DNA of 64,000 bases from a virus (Duplodnaviria; Caudoviricetes), in the IMG/VR virus record IMGVR_UViG_2875555210_000001; one strand, written 5' to 3'. Every line of letters begins with the position of its first letter. The first letter of the stretch is position 1. The position numbers were made by a program, and so were the translations under genes. The notes beneath the pieces are model-generated. The model made no database searches, was not told the DNA's origin, and saw only the letters and a list, made by a program, of their open reading frames with translations. Shown here piece by piece: positions 55,454 to 64,000 of this stretch.

Positions 55454-55878
55454 CAGAAGATATTCCCGAAGCTCGCCAGCATCCCATCCAGAATGGGCAG
55501 GCCGGTCAGGGTCGCGGGGCCAGCCTTAGCGAAGGCATCCCCGAGAGCGACGACGAGCGGCAGCACGGACTTGAGGGCCGCGTATTCCTGCGCGGTGCCG
55601 ATGACGATGGTCTCCCGGTCGTCGCTCAGCATCATGTAGTCGCCCGCCTTGATATCGACGGTGCCGTCCTCGTCAACCAGCCGGACGTGCGACAGCGAGC
55701 CGTCCGCCTCAAAGTAGGACTTGACGATGGTCCGCTTACCAAGCGTCTCGCCGCTCACCGACGCCAGCAGGGACACGGCGTGCATGTTGCGCCCGGTGAC
55801 CTTAACGCCGACCGGCAGGTCCGCGCCGGGGATCAATTGCTCGACACCCGGTTGCTTGAACAGGGACTTTTTGGACAT
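55453..55878 (-). CDS. Hypothetical protein
   Basis: 141 aa; AAGGA RBS. Confidence 0.7.
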   Translation of the reverse strand: MSKKSLFKQPGVEQLIPGADLPVGVKVTGRNMHAVSLLASVSGETLGKRTIVKSYFEADGSLSHVRLVDEDGTVDIKAGDYMMLSDDRETIVIGTAQEYAALKSVLPLVVALGDAFAKAGPATLTGLPILDGMLASFGNIF

Positions 55879-56059
55879 GTTTTTCCTTAGGTTTCATGAA
55901 AGGGTTTAGGTTGCGCGTGCGTTAATCACCCCTAGATATGCGCGCCCCATCTAGGGAGGGTTAGTTAGGCGAGGAACGCCAATCCGATCAGGACGCCGAT
56001 AATGACACCAACGCAGATCAGTAGAAAGCGCCTATCGCCCGGTGTAATGCGGCTAAGCA

Positions 56060-57019
56060 TTAGCGACCGGTCGCGCCAACGCCCGCCACAATGGGCGACG
56101 GGTACGGGTTCAGGCCACGCGCGATAGCCTCACGCTTGGCGGCGATTTCCTGCGCGTCAAGGTAAGCCTCAACGGACGGGTAACCGCGCACCTCAGCCTG
56201 ACGCTTAAGCGCCTCCTGCTCAGCCACCTTGGTCTGAGCCTCAGCGGCCTTAACATCCGCGTCAGCCTTAGCCTCCGCAGCCTCAGCGTCAGCAACGCCC
56301 TTCGCCTTAGTCGCGTTGGCCTGAGCGATGGCCTGCTGTTCCGCAATGATCGCGGACTTGAGGTTAGGGTCAACCGGGTCAGGCTTCATCACCGTCACCT
56401 GAAAGTTGGTGAAGTAGTCGACGCCGTTAGTACGGTCCCGCGACACCTTAGGCAGCGTCTCGCGCAGCGCGTTCTGGAACTCGACGCGCACGGCCTCGTC
56501 GTTCCAAATCTTGCGCCACTCATACTTCTGCGCAATCGACACCAACGTGTTCTGCAACGGCTGGCCGACGACGTAATTCAGCAGGTCTTTCCAGCCCTGC
56601 GAAGTGGTGCCGTCATCGTTAAGCCAGCCCTGGTACTTGGTACCGAAGTCCCGATGGAACTGCTTAAGCAGCTCACAGTCCGACGTGAGGTCGAACGTCA
56701 CCGTCACCGGCACCTTAAGCTCAGCCGGAGCCGCCGCATTGGACACGACGACGGTGGCCGGGGCCTCCGAACCTTGCGCGTCCAGAGCGTCGTAGCTGAT
56801 CTGCCGCGCCGGGTACATGTACGCCTTGAACCCGCCGATGGGATTAAACTCGTTCGTTTCCGGCTTCATGCAGCCCTCGACGGTCGGGTCGGTCGGAATG
56901 AACGCGTAGTCCTCCACCTTGACCGCAGTCACGCCAGCCGGGACGGAAGTAGAGCACGCAACAACGGGAAGAACGGCAGCCGCCGCCAGGGCGATAGCCG
57001 CCACTTTCTTACGATTCAA
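56060..57019 (-). CDS. SPFH/band-7 domain lipoprotein
   Basis: Lipobox VVAC, VPAG, C-terminal AEA-rich coiled coil. Confidence 0.8.
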   Translation of the reverse strand: MNRKKVAAIALAAAAVLPVVACSTSVPAGVTAVKVEDYAFIPTDPTVEGCMKPETNEFNPIGGFKAYMYPARQISYDALDAQGSEAPATVVVSNAAAPAELKVPVTVTFDLTSDCELLKQFHRDFGTKYQGWLNDDGTTSQGWKDLLNYVVGQPLQNTLVSIAQKYEWRKIWNDEAVRVEFQNALRETLPKVSRDRTNGVDYFTNFQVTVMKPDPVDPNLKSAIIAEQQAIAQANATKAKGVADAEAAEAKADADVKAAEAQTKVAEQEALKRQAEVRGYPSVEAYLDAQEIAAKREAIARGLNPYPSPIVAGVGATGR

Positions 57020-57110
57020 CGTAAGGGTTCCTTTCTAAAGGGATTTGTTTTTAAGGCACAACAAAGCCCCCACCAACCGGAGTCAGTGGGGGCTTAGTTG
57101 GGAAGTGCGG

Positions 57111-57239
57111 TTAGTAGGTCAGCGAGCCGTCCTCGATACCGGCCTTGAGCTGCGCCTGGTCGGTCTCGTCCAGCGCCTTCCACTCCTTCATGAAAGCGCC
57201 AGCCGACGTGAAACCGAAGAACTCCATGATCTTCTTCAT
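57111..57239 (-). CDS. Small hypothetical protein
   Basis: MKKIMEFFG...GSLTY; AAAGGT RBS. Confidence 0.55.
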   Translation of the reverse strand: MKKIMEFFGFTSAGAFMKEWKALDETDQAQLKAGIEDGSLTY

Positions 57240-57276
57240 TTTGGTGCGATTACCTTTCTTAGAGGGTGACCCTGAG

Positions 57277-57522
57277 TTACAGGATCGGGGTGACGCGAAG
57301 CATGTCGTTAAGGCGCTGGTAATACGCCTCGTCTTGCTCCGACAGGTGGCGCTTAGCGAGCGCCCGCGCATGTTCCCGGCGCTCCTGCCGGGTGAGGTAC
57401 TGCAACGGGTCGTTAGCTCGCCTGAGGCGACGGTCCAATACGGCGTTTCGCAACCACTGAATCGTCGCCACGATCACCAGGCCGATTACCGCCAGTAGCA
57501 GAACTGCTGCTAGTAACCTCAC
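57277..57522 (-). CDS. Small membrane protein
   Basis: N-terminal TM helix. Confidence 0.65.
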   Translation of the reverse strand: MRLLAAVLLLAVIGLVIVATIQWLRNAVLDRRLRRANDPLQYLTRQERREHARALAKRHLSEQDEAYYQRLNDMLRVTPIL

Positions 57523-57730
57523 GGTTCTTTAACCTCTCGTCAAGCTCAGGCGCTTTGAACCCGAGCGAGTTAAGTTCCGCCTCCAAACCCCGGCGGATAT
57601 CCAACTTTTCCCGCGCCTCCTGCGCCGCGCGGAAAGACCTAACGCCGATAAGCCCGGCCAACTCGGAATCAATCTCAGCGATGACTTCGAGAATGTCGTT
57701 ACGCTCCGCTAGCCGTTCACTCGCCTTCAT
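57413..57730 (-). CDS. Hypothetical protein
   Basis: MKASERLAERN...; AAGG RBS. Confidence 0.5.
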   Translation of the reverse strand: MKASERLAERNDILEVIAEIDSELAGLIGVRSFRAAQEAREKLDIRRGLEAELNSLGFKAPELDERLKNREVTSSSSATGGNRPGDRGDDSVVAKRRIGPSPQAS

Positions 57731-58049
57731 GGCGCGCCGCCTTAAGGAAGGCCACCCACCAGCGCTTATCGCGGCTGGACATGTCCCGATAGAGAACCTG
57801 ATTGCTGCGACCACACGCCTCGTTGGCCTTGCGGATAGCGAAGTCGATAGCACCGCCGTACTCCCGGTCCTCCTGTTCAAGGAGGTAGCGCTTAGCTTGG
57901 AAGATGTCTGCTAAGCGTTGCGCGCATACCTGACGCTCCCGCTCCAACTCGTCCGGATCGGATGGCAACCAAACGTTGGTCCCCTTGACCGACAAGTTGC
58001 CGTCGGGTGAAAGGACAACCTCCCGTGCAAGGTCAGTCATCGTCGTCAT
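57717..58049 (-). CDS. Hypothetical protein
   Basis: MTTMTDLAREVV...; GGAGG RBS. Confidence 0.6.
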   Translation of the reverse strand: MTTMTDLAREVVLSPDGNLSVKGTNVWLPSDPDELERERQVCAQRLADIFQAKRYLLEQEDREYGGAIDFAIRKANEACGRSNQVLYRDMSSRDKRWWVAFLKAARHEGE

Positions 58050-58866
58050 CCTGCGTCCCTCCGGTGATGAAATGGGTGTTCTTAGCCATCGTGGTTTCGT
58101 CCTTATCCAGGCCACGGCACAACGTGTAACCGCCGCCCTCGTGACGCGCCAAGGACTGATAAGCGCGGTGGTAATGGCCGTGGTAGAACTCCACCGGCTT
58201 AACCGTGTCCACGACCTGCTGGATGCGAGCGCGGTGCTCCTCGGCCTTAAGCAAGTCCACCTGCGGAACCCGGCGCTTAAGACCACCGATGTTCAGGTAA
58301 ATAGCCCTACCGGGCACGATGCCGGGAATGGTGACGTTCGTCGGCGCATCGTGGGCAACGATGATGTCGACCTTGCCGGGCCGCATGGCGTACTCAAGCT
58401 GGTCGTCCTGCAACCACTCGCCCGGCCACCAGGTTTCACCCTCCGTCGACCAGCTCCGGTCGACCGAATGAGCGCCACCCAGCGCCATCCACGTATCGCC
58501 CCACCACTTCCACCGGAAGCCACGCGGCAAGTGCGTGATGCTTGAGTAAGACATGGTGGTCAGCGGATACGACCCCGGCTTGTTGAACTGGTGCCAAAAG
58601 GCGTGGTCCTCGTGATTGCCGTCGACCCACAGAAGGTCAATGCCGGTCGTCTTAAGCTCTTTGTCGACCTCAGCGAGGAACTGGAACGTCCGCTCAATCG
58701 GTGCCCACCAGCCGAAGTCGCCAACGTGCAGAATCGTGTCTGCGCCGTTCGCCTTAGCGAAGTGGATCGCCTTGAACGCCCACGGCAGATTGCCGTGCCA
58801 GTCCCCGGCCAGCATTAGCTTCTCAGGCTGCCTCAAGTCCGATTGCAGCGTGATCGCCTCCGGCAT
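58033..58866 (-). CDS. Calcineurin-like metallophosphoesterase
   Basis: GDWHG, HVGDFG, DGNHE, AHD, HGHYH; likely start MPEAITL after AAAGG. Confidence 0.9.
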   Translation of the reverse strand: MPEAITLQSDLRQPEKLMLAGDWHGNLPWAFKAIHFAKANGADTILHVGDFGWWAPIERTFQFLAEVDKELKTTGIDLLWVDGNHEDHAFWHQFNKPGSYPLTTMSYSSITHLPRGFRWKWWGDTWMALGGAHSVDRSWSTEGETWWPGEWLQDDQLEYAMRPGKVDIIVAHDAPTNVTIPGIVPGRAIYLNIGGLKRRVPQVDLLKAEEHRARIQQVVDTVKPVEFYHGHYHRAYQSLARHEGGGYTLCRGLDKDETTMAKNTHFITGGTQDDDDD

Positions 58867-59056
58867 AGCGTGCCTTTCGTTCGGCCCCCCGACCACACGT
58901 CGGAAGGATGCCCTTTTCGGATGCGTATTCGTGAAGGTGAAGCTGGTACTCCTCGGAGTAGGAGGCTCCACATTCCAGCGGGCAAATAAACTGCTTCGCC
59001 ACTTTCTGAACTCCTCGCAGTCATCACGGTACAGCGCCTGTACCTTTGGTGTCAAC

Positions 59057-59413
59057 TCATTCACGCCAATCCCGCATATTCCAGGGTTCGACGCGCTGCC
59101 CATGTTTCGCAGCCTCTGCGCGTTCGTTGCCTGCCGTAATCTTTCGTTTCGACCCGCCAACACAGCCGGGCAAGTTCTTACCCAAAACCACTTCGCCCCG
59201 TACCCGCATACGGTCGGAGTTAAAGTGGAACTGGATTCCGCGCCGCTTAGCTAAGGCGCTTAGTGCTCGCGTGAAGTTGACGGGAATGTCGTGGTCGCGC
59301 GGACCGCCATGCTCAAGCGCGTCTGACAGCCATTCGTCAAGCTCGCGTTCTTTCTCCCGGCTCACGCTCCGCAGTCGTGGCCCGGTGGGTTCACCCAGAT
59401 AGATAACCGCCAT
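59057..59413 (-). CDS. Hypothetical protein
   Basis: MAVIYLGEP...; AAAGGG RBS. Confidence 0.55.
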   Translation of the reverse strand: MAVIYLGEPTGPRLRSVSREKERELDEWLSDALEHGGPRDHDIPVNFTRALSALAKRRGIQFHFNSDRMRVRGEVVLGKNLPGCVGGSKRKITAGNERAEAAKHGQRVEPWNMRDWRE

Positions 59414-59563
59414 AGCGCGCCCTTTCGTGGTGATGTGGTGATCGGTGGTTAAGAGAATGGCCGGGAGGGAGCGCAAACAAGGCAGCGCGAACGCCACACC
59501 CTTACGTCCCGCGCCCAAGCACTAATGCCCGTTAGTGCCGTGCGCCTCAACCTCCCGGCCCAG

Positions 59564-59669
59564 TGCGATACCCCAGAATCGAACTGGGATGCTCCGACCC
59601 GTAGATAAGGTCACGGACCCCGCCAGAGCGTTTTCATGCGGTCACCCTCAGGTGCCAACCGCGTATCGC
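59564..59669 (-). ncRNA. tRNA-like RNA (acceptor stem plus T arm, non-canonical core)
   Basis: GCGATAC/GTATCGC-A acceptor; CCCAG-TTCGATT-CTGGG T arm; two internal hairpins. Confidence 0.6.
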
Positions 59670-59889
59670 TACCCCGCACGTCTCCGGCTGCCTCATATAT
59701 AGAGGGGACCGGTTCATTGTGCGGACGTACTCATGCTGACTTACTTGCAGGCGAACCACTCTGCCGTCTGGACACTGAACACAGACGCTCCGGCAACGGA
59801 GTTACTTCGTATAGGTCAACAGATAGAACTAGGTACTTCTACAATGTGCAGCTGATTTGTTTAGTCAGCCTCAGGTGCTTAGCTGAAAT

Positions 59890-60303
59890 CTAAATGAGAG
59901 TCGCGTCGGCCATCGCAATAGCGATAATCCACGAATCCCCGTTATCGGCAGCAGCTTGGACCTTAGCGATCCATAGCCGCTGGTATTCGTTAGGTTCTGC
60001 GATGCCCCAATGTAGCCAGGGCAGTTCAGCAAGTGTGTAGGTGTTAAAGAGGGCAATTTCCCATTTGGCGACGGGAAGTCCGAGACGTTCCAAGACGTGA
60101 CCGAAGAAGCAGCAAGGCTCTCCGTACTCGTAGTAACCCTTACCGGTGTTACGTGCGAGTGGATTCAACATTGCGACCTTTCGCGCTTCGTTGATCACGT
60201 CTCGGAACTTTCTCATCCCCTCCCCCTCTACTAATAACTCTACGTAGTTTTCGGGGGATATGGAAACAATAGAACCGAGTTTCTGTACGGGCGCTGTACT
60301 CAT
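59890..60303 (-). CDS. Hypothetical protein
   Basis: EPCCFFGHVL...VQAAADNG..W. Confidence 0.6.
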   Translation of the reverse strand: MSTAPVQKLGSIVSISPENYVELLVEGEGMRKFRDVINEARKVAMLNPLARNTGKGYYEYGEPCCFFGHVLERLGLPVAKWEIALFNTYTLAELPWLHWGIAEPNEYQRLWIAKVQAAADNGDSWIIAIAMADATLI

Positions 60304-60390
60304 GCGTGCCACGCCGCGAACAGATCATTAAGGACGATGGCACCCAGCAGGATCAGCGCCGCCAGAGACAGCGCGGCCAGCAGGTTATCC

Positions 60391-60753
60391 CTAACGGCCT
60401 TCTCGGACATAGACGCCTTTACCCTCCGCGTAACGGATAGCGGCGAGGAATGCAGCCTCAACGTCCGCCCACTTTCGGCCATGTGCATCGTTGAAACGAA
60501 TGACGACGGACATATCGGGCATGTCTGCCGGGTATGGATGCCCACCTTTGCGGGTTCGGATTGCGTAGGCGAGGTACTTAACGCCGGGCGAGTCCGTGGG
60601 GAACGCATAGCCGAATGCCCCAAGAGCACAGCACTGGCCTGTTGTGACATCGTGAAACTTTCCACGGTTCCATCCGTCCTTTCTTAGCCGCTCTAACGCG
60701 GCCTTAAGTTCTTCGACAGCTTCGGTATCGGGTTCGATGCGGGTTCTAGTCAC
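60391..60753 (-). CDS. Hypothetical protein (DUF6197-like)
   Basis: GWNRG...CCALGA...RFND...VEAAF. Confidence 0.6.
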   Translation of the reverse strand: MTRTRIEPDTEAVEELKAALERLRKDGWNRGKFHDVTTGQCCALGAFGYAFPTDSPGVKYLAYAIRTRKGGHPYPADMPDMSVVIRFNDAHGRKWADVEAAFLAAIRYAEGKGVYVREGR

Positions 60754-60965
60754 TGGTCAAGCTCCCAAGGCAGGTCGTTAGCGAAACGCTCAAGCTCTTT
60801 CACCGGGAACAGCACCTTTGAGCCGTGCTTCTTCGCCAGCAGCTTTCCGGCCAAGCGCAGCCGGTCAATCTCAGGAACGGATAGGGACAGCATTCGTGCG
60901 GCTTCTGGGCGAGTGACAAGCAATCTGTCAGGTTCATCGGACAGAAGCGGTGTGGCGGCAGTCAT
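60750..60965 (-). CDS. Excisionase-like HTH protein
   Basis: LVTRPEAARMLSLS...GKL.AKK.G.KVLFP..EL..F. Confidence 0.75.
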   Translation of the reverse strand: MTAATPLLSDEPDRLLVTRPEAARMLSLSVPEIDRLRLAGKLLAKKHGSKVLFPVKELERFANDLPWELDQ

Positions 60966-61261
60966 CCGGCTAGCCGGACAGTTTTGCGCCGCCCGGTCCC
61001 GCTACCCGGCTCCGTGACAATGCGGTTCAACGGGACGCGGAAGTGTCCGGCCATCTTCGCCAGCATCGTCATACTCGGCTCACCGGACCAGTCGTCATCG
61101 AACGTGCGGTACACGGTGGAACGCGCTACACCCAGCGTGTTTGCAAGCTCGGTGCGCGTCAGAATGTCGTGGTTATGCAGGAGATTCTGCACGGCGTCGG
61201 GAATCCAGCGAATTGTGTGGGCTGAGGTTTGGGAGGTTGTCGGCGTCACGGTTTGAACCAT
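60962..61261 (-). CDS. Cro-like HTH regulator
   Basis: TRTELANTLGVARSTVYR; divergent from repressor. Confidence 0.75.
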   Translation of the reverse strand: MVQTVTPTTSQTSAHTIRWIPDAVQNLLHNHDILTRTELANTLGVARSTVYRTFDDDWSGEPSMTMLAKMAGHFRVPLNRIVTEPGSGTGRRKTVRLAG

Positions 61262-61290
61262 ACACAGTCCGGTCCGATCCGGAAGTGTTT

Positions 61291-61375
61291 TGTCCGACGA
61301 ATCGGACAAAATTACAGCCGTGTAAGACCGTCTTTGCTGGTCAGCCGGGTTGACACTTGTCCCGTAAGTCGGACA
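61291..61375. promoter_or_regulatory. Immunity switch: operators TGTCCGA-CGAA-TCGGACA (61291-61308) and TGTCCCG-TAAG-TCGGACA (61358-61375), plus TTGACA at 61350
   Basis: Palindromes between divergent HTH genes; the second lies between -35 and -10. Confidence 0.75.
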
Positions 61376-61386
61376 AGATGATCGGC

Positions 61387-61767
61387 ATGTCGGCCAGAGA
61401 TGAAGACAATGACCTGATCGTTGTAGTGAGCTACCTGCTTAAACGGCAGGTGCGTATGCAAGAGGCGCTGAGCGCGCTGGGCATGTCCCGTTCCACCTAT
61501 TACGAGCAGCGGGACAAGGGCGTGCTCAACAGCATTCCCAACCTCATGGCGGTCGCTGAGCACTTCGGCCTAGACAAGGTTGATCTGTTGGTGCGCTTCG
61601 GCCACCTGTCCAAGACGGACCTGATCGACTTTCTAGAGCGGGAGGGTGAAGTCATAGCCGACGTGAGCGATGCGACGTTGGACCCTCCGGTGCTAACGAC
61701 AGTGAGGAGACGGACCAGAAGCCGACTTAGCCGCCCCCAGGCACGCACCGATATTCCGCCTCTGTAA
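61387..61767 (+). CDS. Putative immunity repressor
   Basis: ALSALGMSRSTYYEQR HTH; ATG 7 nt after putative -10 (leaderless). Confidence 0.75.
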   Translation: MSARDEDNDLIVVVSYLLKRQVRMQEALSALGMSRSTYYEQRDKGVLNSIPNLMAVAEHFGLDKVDLLVRFGHLSKTDLIDFLEREGEVIADVSDATLDPPVLTTVRRRTRSRLSRPQARTDIPPL

Positions 61768-61916
61768 TGCGTGTTTTACGGGAGTTTGCCGGGAGGGAAA
61801 ACGGCCATTGACGGCCGGGTAACAGGGCAGTACATTCCCTGTAACGGCCTGAGCCACAAGCCGTTTCCACCCTCCCAAGGACGTGAGTCCAGGCCCTCCC
61901 GTAAAGGCACGACCCT

Positions 61917-62702
61917 ATGCTCGAACAGTTCCACCTTGCCAATGAACTGACCCCCCTCGTGGACCACGCGCTCATGTGGACTCTCGTAGGCGCAGGAATC
62001 GCCAACCAGGTATTACGACGACAAACCTGGCGAGTGCGCTGGGAGGTAGGCACAACTGCCAGCGCCGCACTCACGCTAACCGCGCTGATCTTGCTTTCCC
62101 CCTGGCTCGGGGTGCTTAATCCGTTGGCCCCCAACACATTTACGTATAGCTATCTCCCCGCACAGTTCCTCATCGGGCACATCGCCCTAATCTGCGCCCA
62201 CGCAGTCTTTTTGAGTGACCTCATTTCACGCATGACGTGGACCCGCCGCTACAAGGTCGCGCGACTCAATGCCCATGTCAGCCTGCCGCTCACGGTGGTC
62301 TTACCAACAGTCGTCGGACTATGGCTCACCGGCAGTCACGCAGTAATTACGCCGCTCGTGGCCGTGATCTACGTCTGGCTCCTCGCCAATACGTATTGGT
62401 TGTTCTGGTGCATCCGCACGAGCGACCCACGTACCCCGCTAATCGTGAACCTCTACCTGATCGCTACCGGCATCGCGCTCACTGCGCCCGTCCTGTCGAC
62501 CATCGGGTTAGCTGAGGGGCGTTGGCCGTGGCGAATCACCGTCGTTGCCGCGATTGTCGGATATGCCACCATGAGCCTTTCGTGGACCCGCAAGCAGCGT
62601 CACCTTAAGGCCCATGTGTGGAAGCGCATCCGCGCCCAGAAGCCGCTTAAGCGCAAGACCCGGAAGGCACCCGCGCCTAAGCAGCTCGACGGCGCAGTCT
62701 AA
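61917..62702 (+). CDS. Multi-pass membrane protein
   Basis: About 7 hydrophobic segments; basic C-tail; AAAGG RBS. Confidence 0.75.
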   Translation: MLEQFHLANELTPLVDHALMWTLVGAGIANQVLRRQTWRVRWEVGTTASAALTLTALILLSPWLGVLNPLAPNTFTYSYLPAQFLIGHIALICAHAVFLSDLISRMTWTRRYKVARLNAHVSLPLTVVLPTVVGLWLTGSHAVITPLVAVIYVWLLANTYWLFWCIRTSDPRTPLIVNLYLIATGIALTAPVLSTIGLAEGRWPWRITVVAAIVGYATMSLSWTRKQRHLKAHVWKRIRAQKPLKRKTRKAPAPKQLDGAV

Positions 62703-64000
62703 CCAGGCAGGAGGGCGTCGAAAGCATTGCTGACGGCGCTCTTACCCAGCTCCAAACTGACCCGCTGATACTCCCGCGTCTGCAAGATCGACGTGTGCCC
62801 CAAAATCTGCTGAATAACCCTAGCGTCGATACCCGACTCTAAGAGCATCGTCGCCGCCGTATTCCGCGCCTCATGCAGCACCACTTGCCGGGGCAACTTC
62901 TCAATCCCGGCGGCAGCCATCAACATGTTCCACTGCTCGTTGTCGTCCTCTTGGCTTAACGGCCTGCCGTCACGGTGATGCCACACCAGCCCATACGGGT
63001 TCGGGTCGGTATCTAGCCGGGAATGCACCTTAAGCGACTCAGCGAGCAGTGGTGCCATCGGCACAATCCGCTCCCCTGCGTACGTCTTAGGCCGCGTCCA
63101 GAACAGCGACCGGTGGCAGGGCCGGAACTCAAAGCCGGGCGGCGGAACAAACCTCCGCTCAGGGCAATACCCAACCCGCACCTTGCCGCACGGATACTCA
63201 CCGTCCTTAGGCTCCCCGCAGCCATGCTCATACGAAAGCCGCTGCAACTGCCACGAGATATCCAGCACGCCGTTCTTAATGTCGACCCGATCCCACTCCA
63301 AACCGATCAGCTCGGCCTGACGCGCGCCGGTCATGAACGCCGCCGCCCACCGGGACGCGAGCTTAGGTCGCTTCGGGGCGTCCTCGTCGTCCCGCTTAGC
63401 CGCCGTCCGCAGAATGTGGACCGCCGCGTTCTTCTCGAATGCGCCGCGCTGCTGCTTCCGGTGCTTCGGCTTCTTGATCGCATCGCACACGTTGCGCGGA
63501 ATCACGGACTCGTTGACCGCCTGCTTGAGTGCGTTGTTTAGCGCCTGATACGCCTTCTCAGCGTTCCGCGTCGAACCCTTGGCGTCTCCGGCCCCGTCCT
63601 GTAGCGCGGAGAGCGTAGAGCGGACCTGAGCGACCGTCAGCCGGTCCAGCCGGACATGGCCGATATGCGGCTTGAGGTACAGCCGAACAGTGCTCTCGTA
63701 ACTCGTGTACGACTTCGGGCGAACCTCACGCTTCTTAACGGTCAGCCAGTAGTCCAGCCACTCGCCCACCGTTCGCACCTTCCCCGGCGTGGTTCCGACC
63801 TTCCCGGCGAGCACGTCGGCGCGCAGTTTATTGAGCTTGGCAGCGGCCACCGCTTTGCTCTTGCTGGCTACTCGCTTCTGCTTCTTTTTGCCGTCAGGAC
63901 CGGTCACCCAGACGATGCCGACATGCAGCCCGTTGGCGTCCTCGTACAGCCCTCCATCGCCCTTCGCGCGCCTCTTATTTTTGGCTGGCTCGTCGGCCAT
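62699..64000 (-). CDS. int: Tyrosine integrase
   Basis: GDGGLY arm domain, TGARQAELIGL, PKT, LHEARNT, LGH, EY catalytic residues. Confidence 0.95.
   Translation of the reverse strand: MADEPAKNKRRAKGDGGLYEDANGLHVGIVWVTGPDGKKKQKRVASKSKAVAAAKLNKLRADVLAGKVGTTPGKVRTVGEWLDYWLTVKKREVRPKSYTSYESTVRLYLKPHIGHVRLDRLTVAQVRSTLSALQDGAGDAKGSTRNAEKAYQALNNALKQAVNESVIPRNVCDAIKKPKHRKQQRGAFEKNAAVHILRTAAKRDDEDAPKRPKLASRWAAAFMTGARQAELIGLEWDRVDIKNGVLDISWQLQRLSYEHGCGEPKDGEYPCGKVRVGYCPERRFVPPPGFEFRPCHRSLFWTRPKTYAGERIVPMAPLLAESLKVHSRLDTDPNPYGLVWHHRDGRPLSQEDDNEQWNMLMAAAGIEKLPRQVVLHEARNTAATMLLESGIDARVIQQILGHTSILQTREYQRVSLELGKSAVSNAFDALLPG

Larger units (their letters stand above)
1..64000. mobile_element. Temperate mycobacteriophage (prophage or circularised genome), Cluster L-like siphovirus
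   Basis: Syntenic head-tail operon, tyrosine integrase/repressor/Cro cassette, WhiB genes, tRNA cluster; sequence continuous across the putative cos site. Confidence 0.9.

Noticed and set aside
58867-59163. N-terminal extension of the metallophosphoesterase in the ORF track
   Set aside because: A better RBS and start exist at 58866, and the extension overlaps the upstream gene.
59564-59669. tmRNA
   Set aside because: Too short, no tag reading frame, and lacks the GGGG start and G3-U70 alanine identity.

Overview
The window is about 64 kb of a temperate siphoviral mycobacteriophage genome, read continuously across a putative cos site (17966-17975, TCGATCAGCC on the minus strand). It is therefore an integrated prophage or a circularised genome, and it most resembles Cluster L-type phages. 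The minus strand from 1 to 17.9 kb carries the virion operon (terminases, portal, MuF-like/maturation protein, scaffold, capsid, connectors, tail tube, frameshifted chaperones, tape measure, Dit, minor tail). The region 18-28 kb is a repeat-rich, mostly rightward block with a MoxR-type AAA+ ATPase, two vWA-like paralogues and promoters carrying a GTAC-N7-GTAC motif. The region 28-32 kb holds 12 tRNA genes plus DUF4417 and an ART-like gene. The minus strand from 32 to 61 kb encodes replication, recombination and RNA/NAD metabolism genes (exonucleases, ClpP, RNA ligase, SSB, WhiBs, RusA, PNK, a Prs-like plus NAMPT-like pair, DnaB, ERF, a DUF2828/TROVE-like vWA protein, SPFH, a phosphoesterase). 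The immunity and integration cassette is at 61-64 kb. The strongest novel candidate is a DUF2828/Ro60-like gene followed by three covarying ACAGCAA hairpin ncRNA units, one containing a circularly permuted tRNA-Asn-like domain. Other leads are three dispersed MGGRG-leader proteins linked to DUF4417, a NARP1-like NAD-reconstitution pair, and an anticodon-less tRNA-like RNA at 59.6 kb. All family assignments come from motif recognition by eye, not from database searches.
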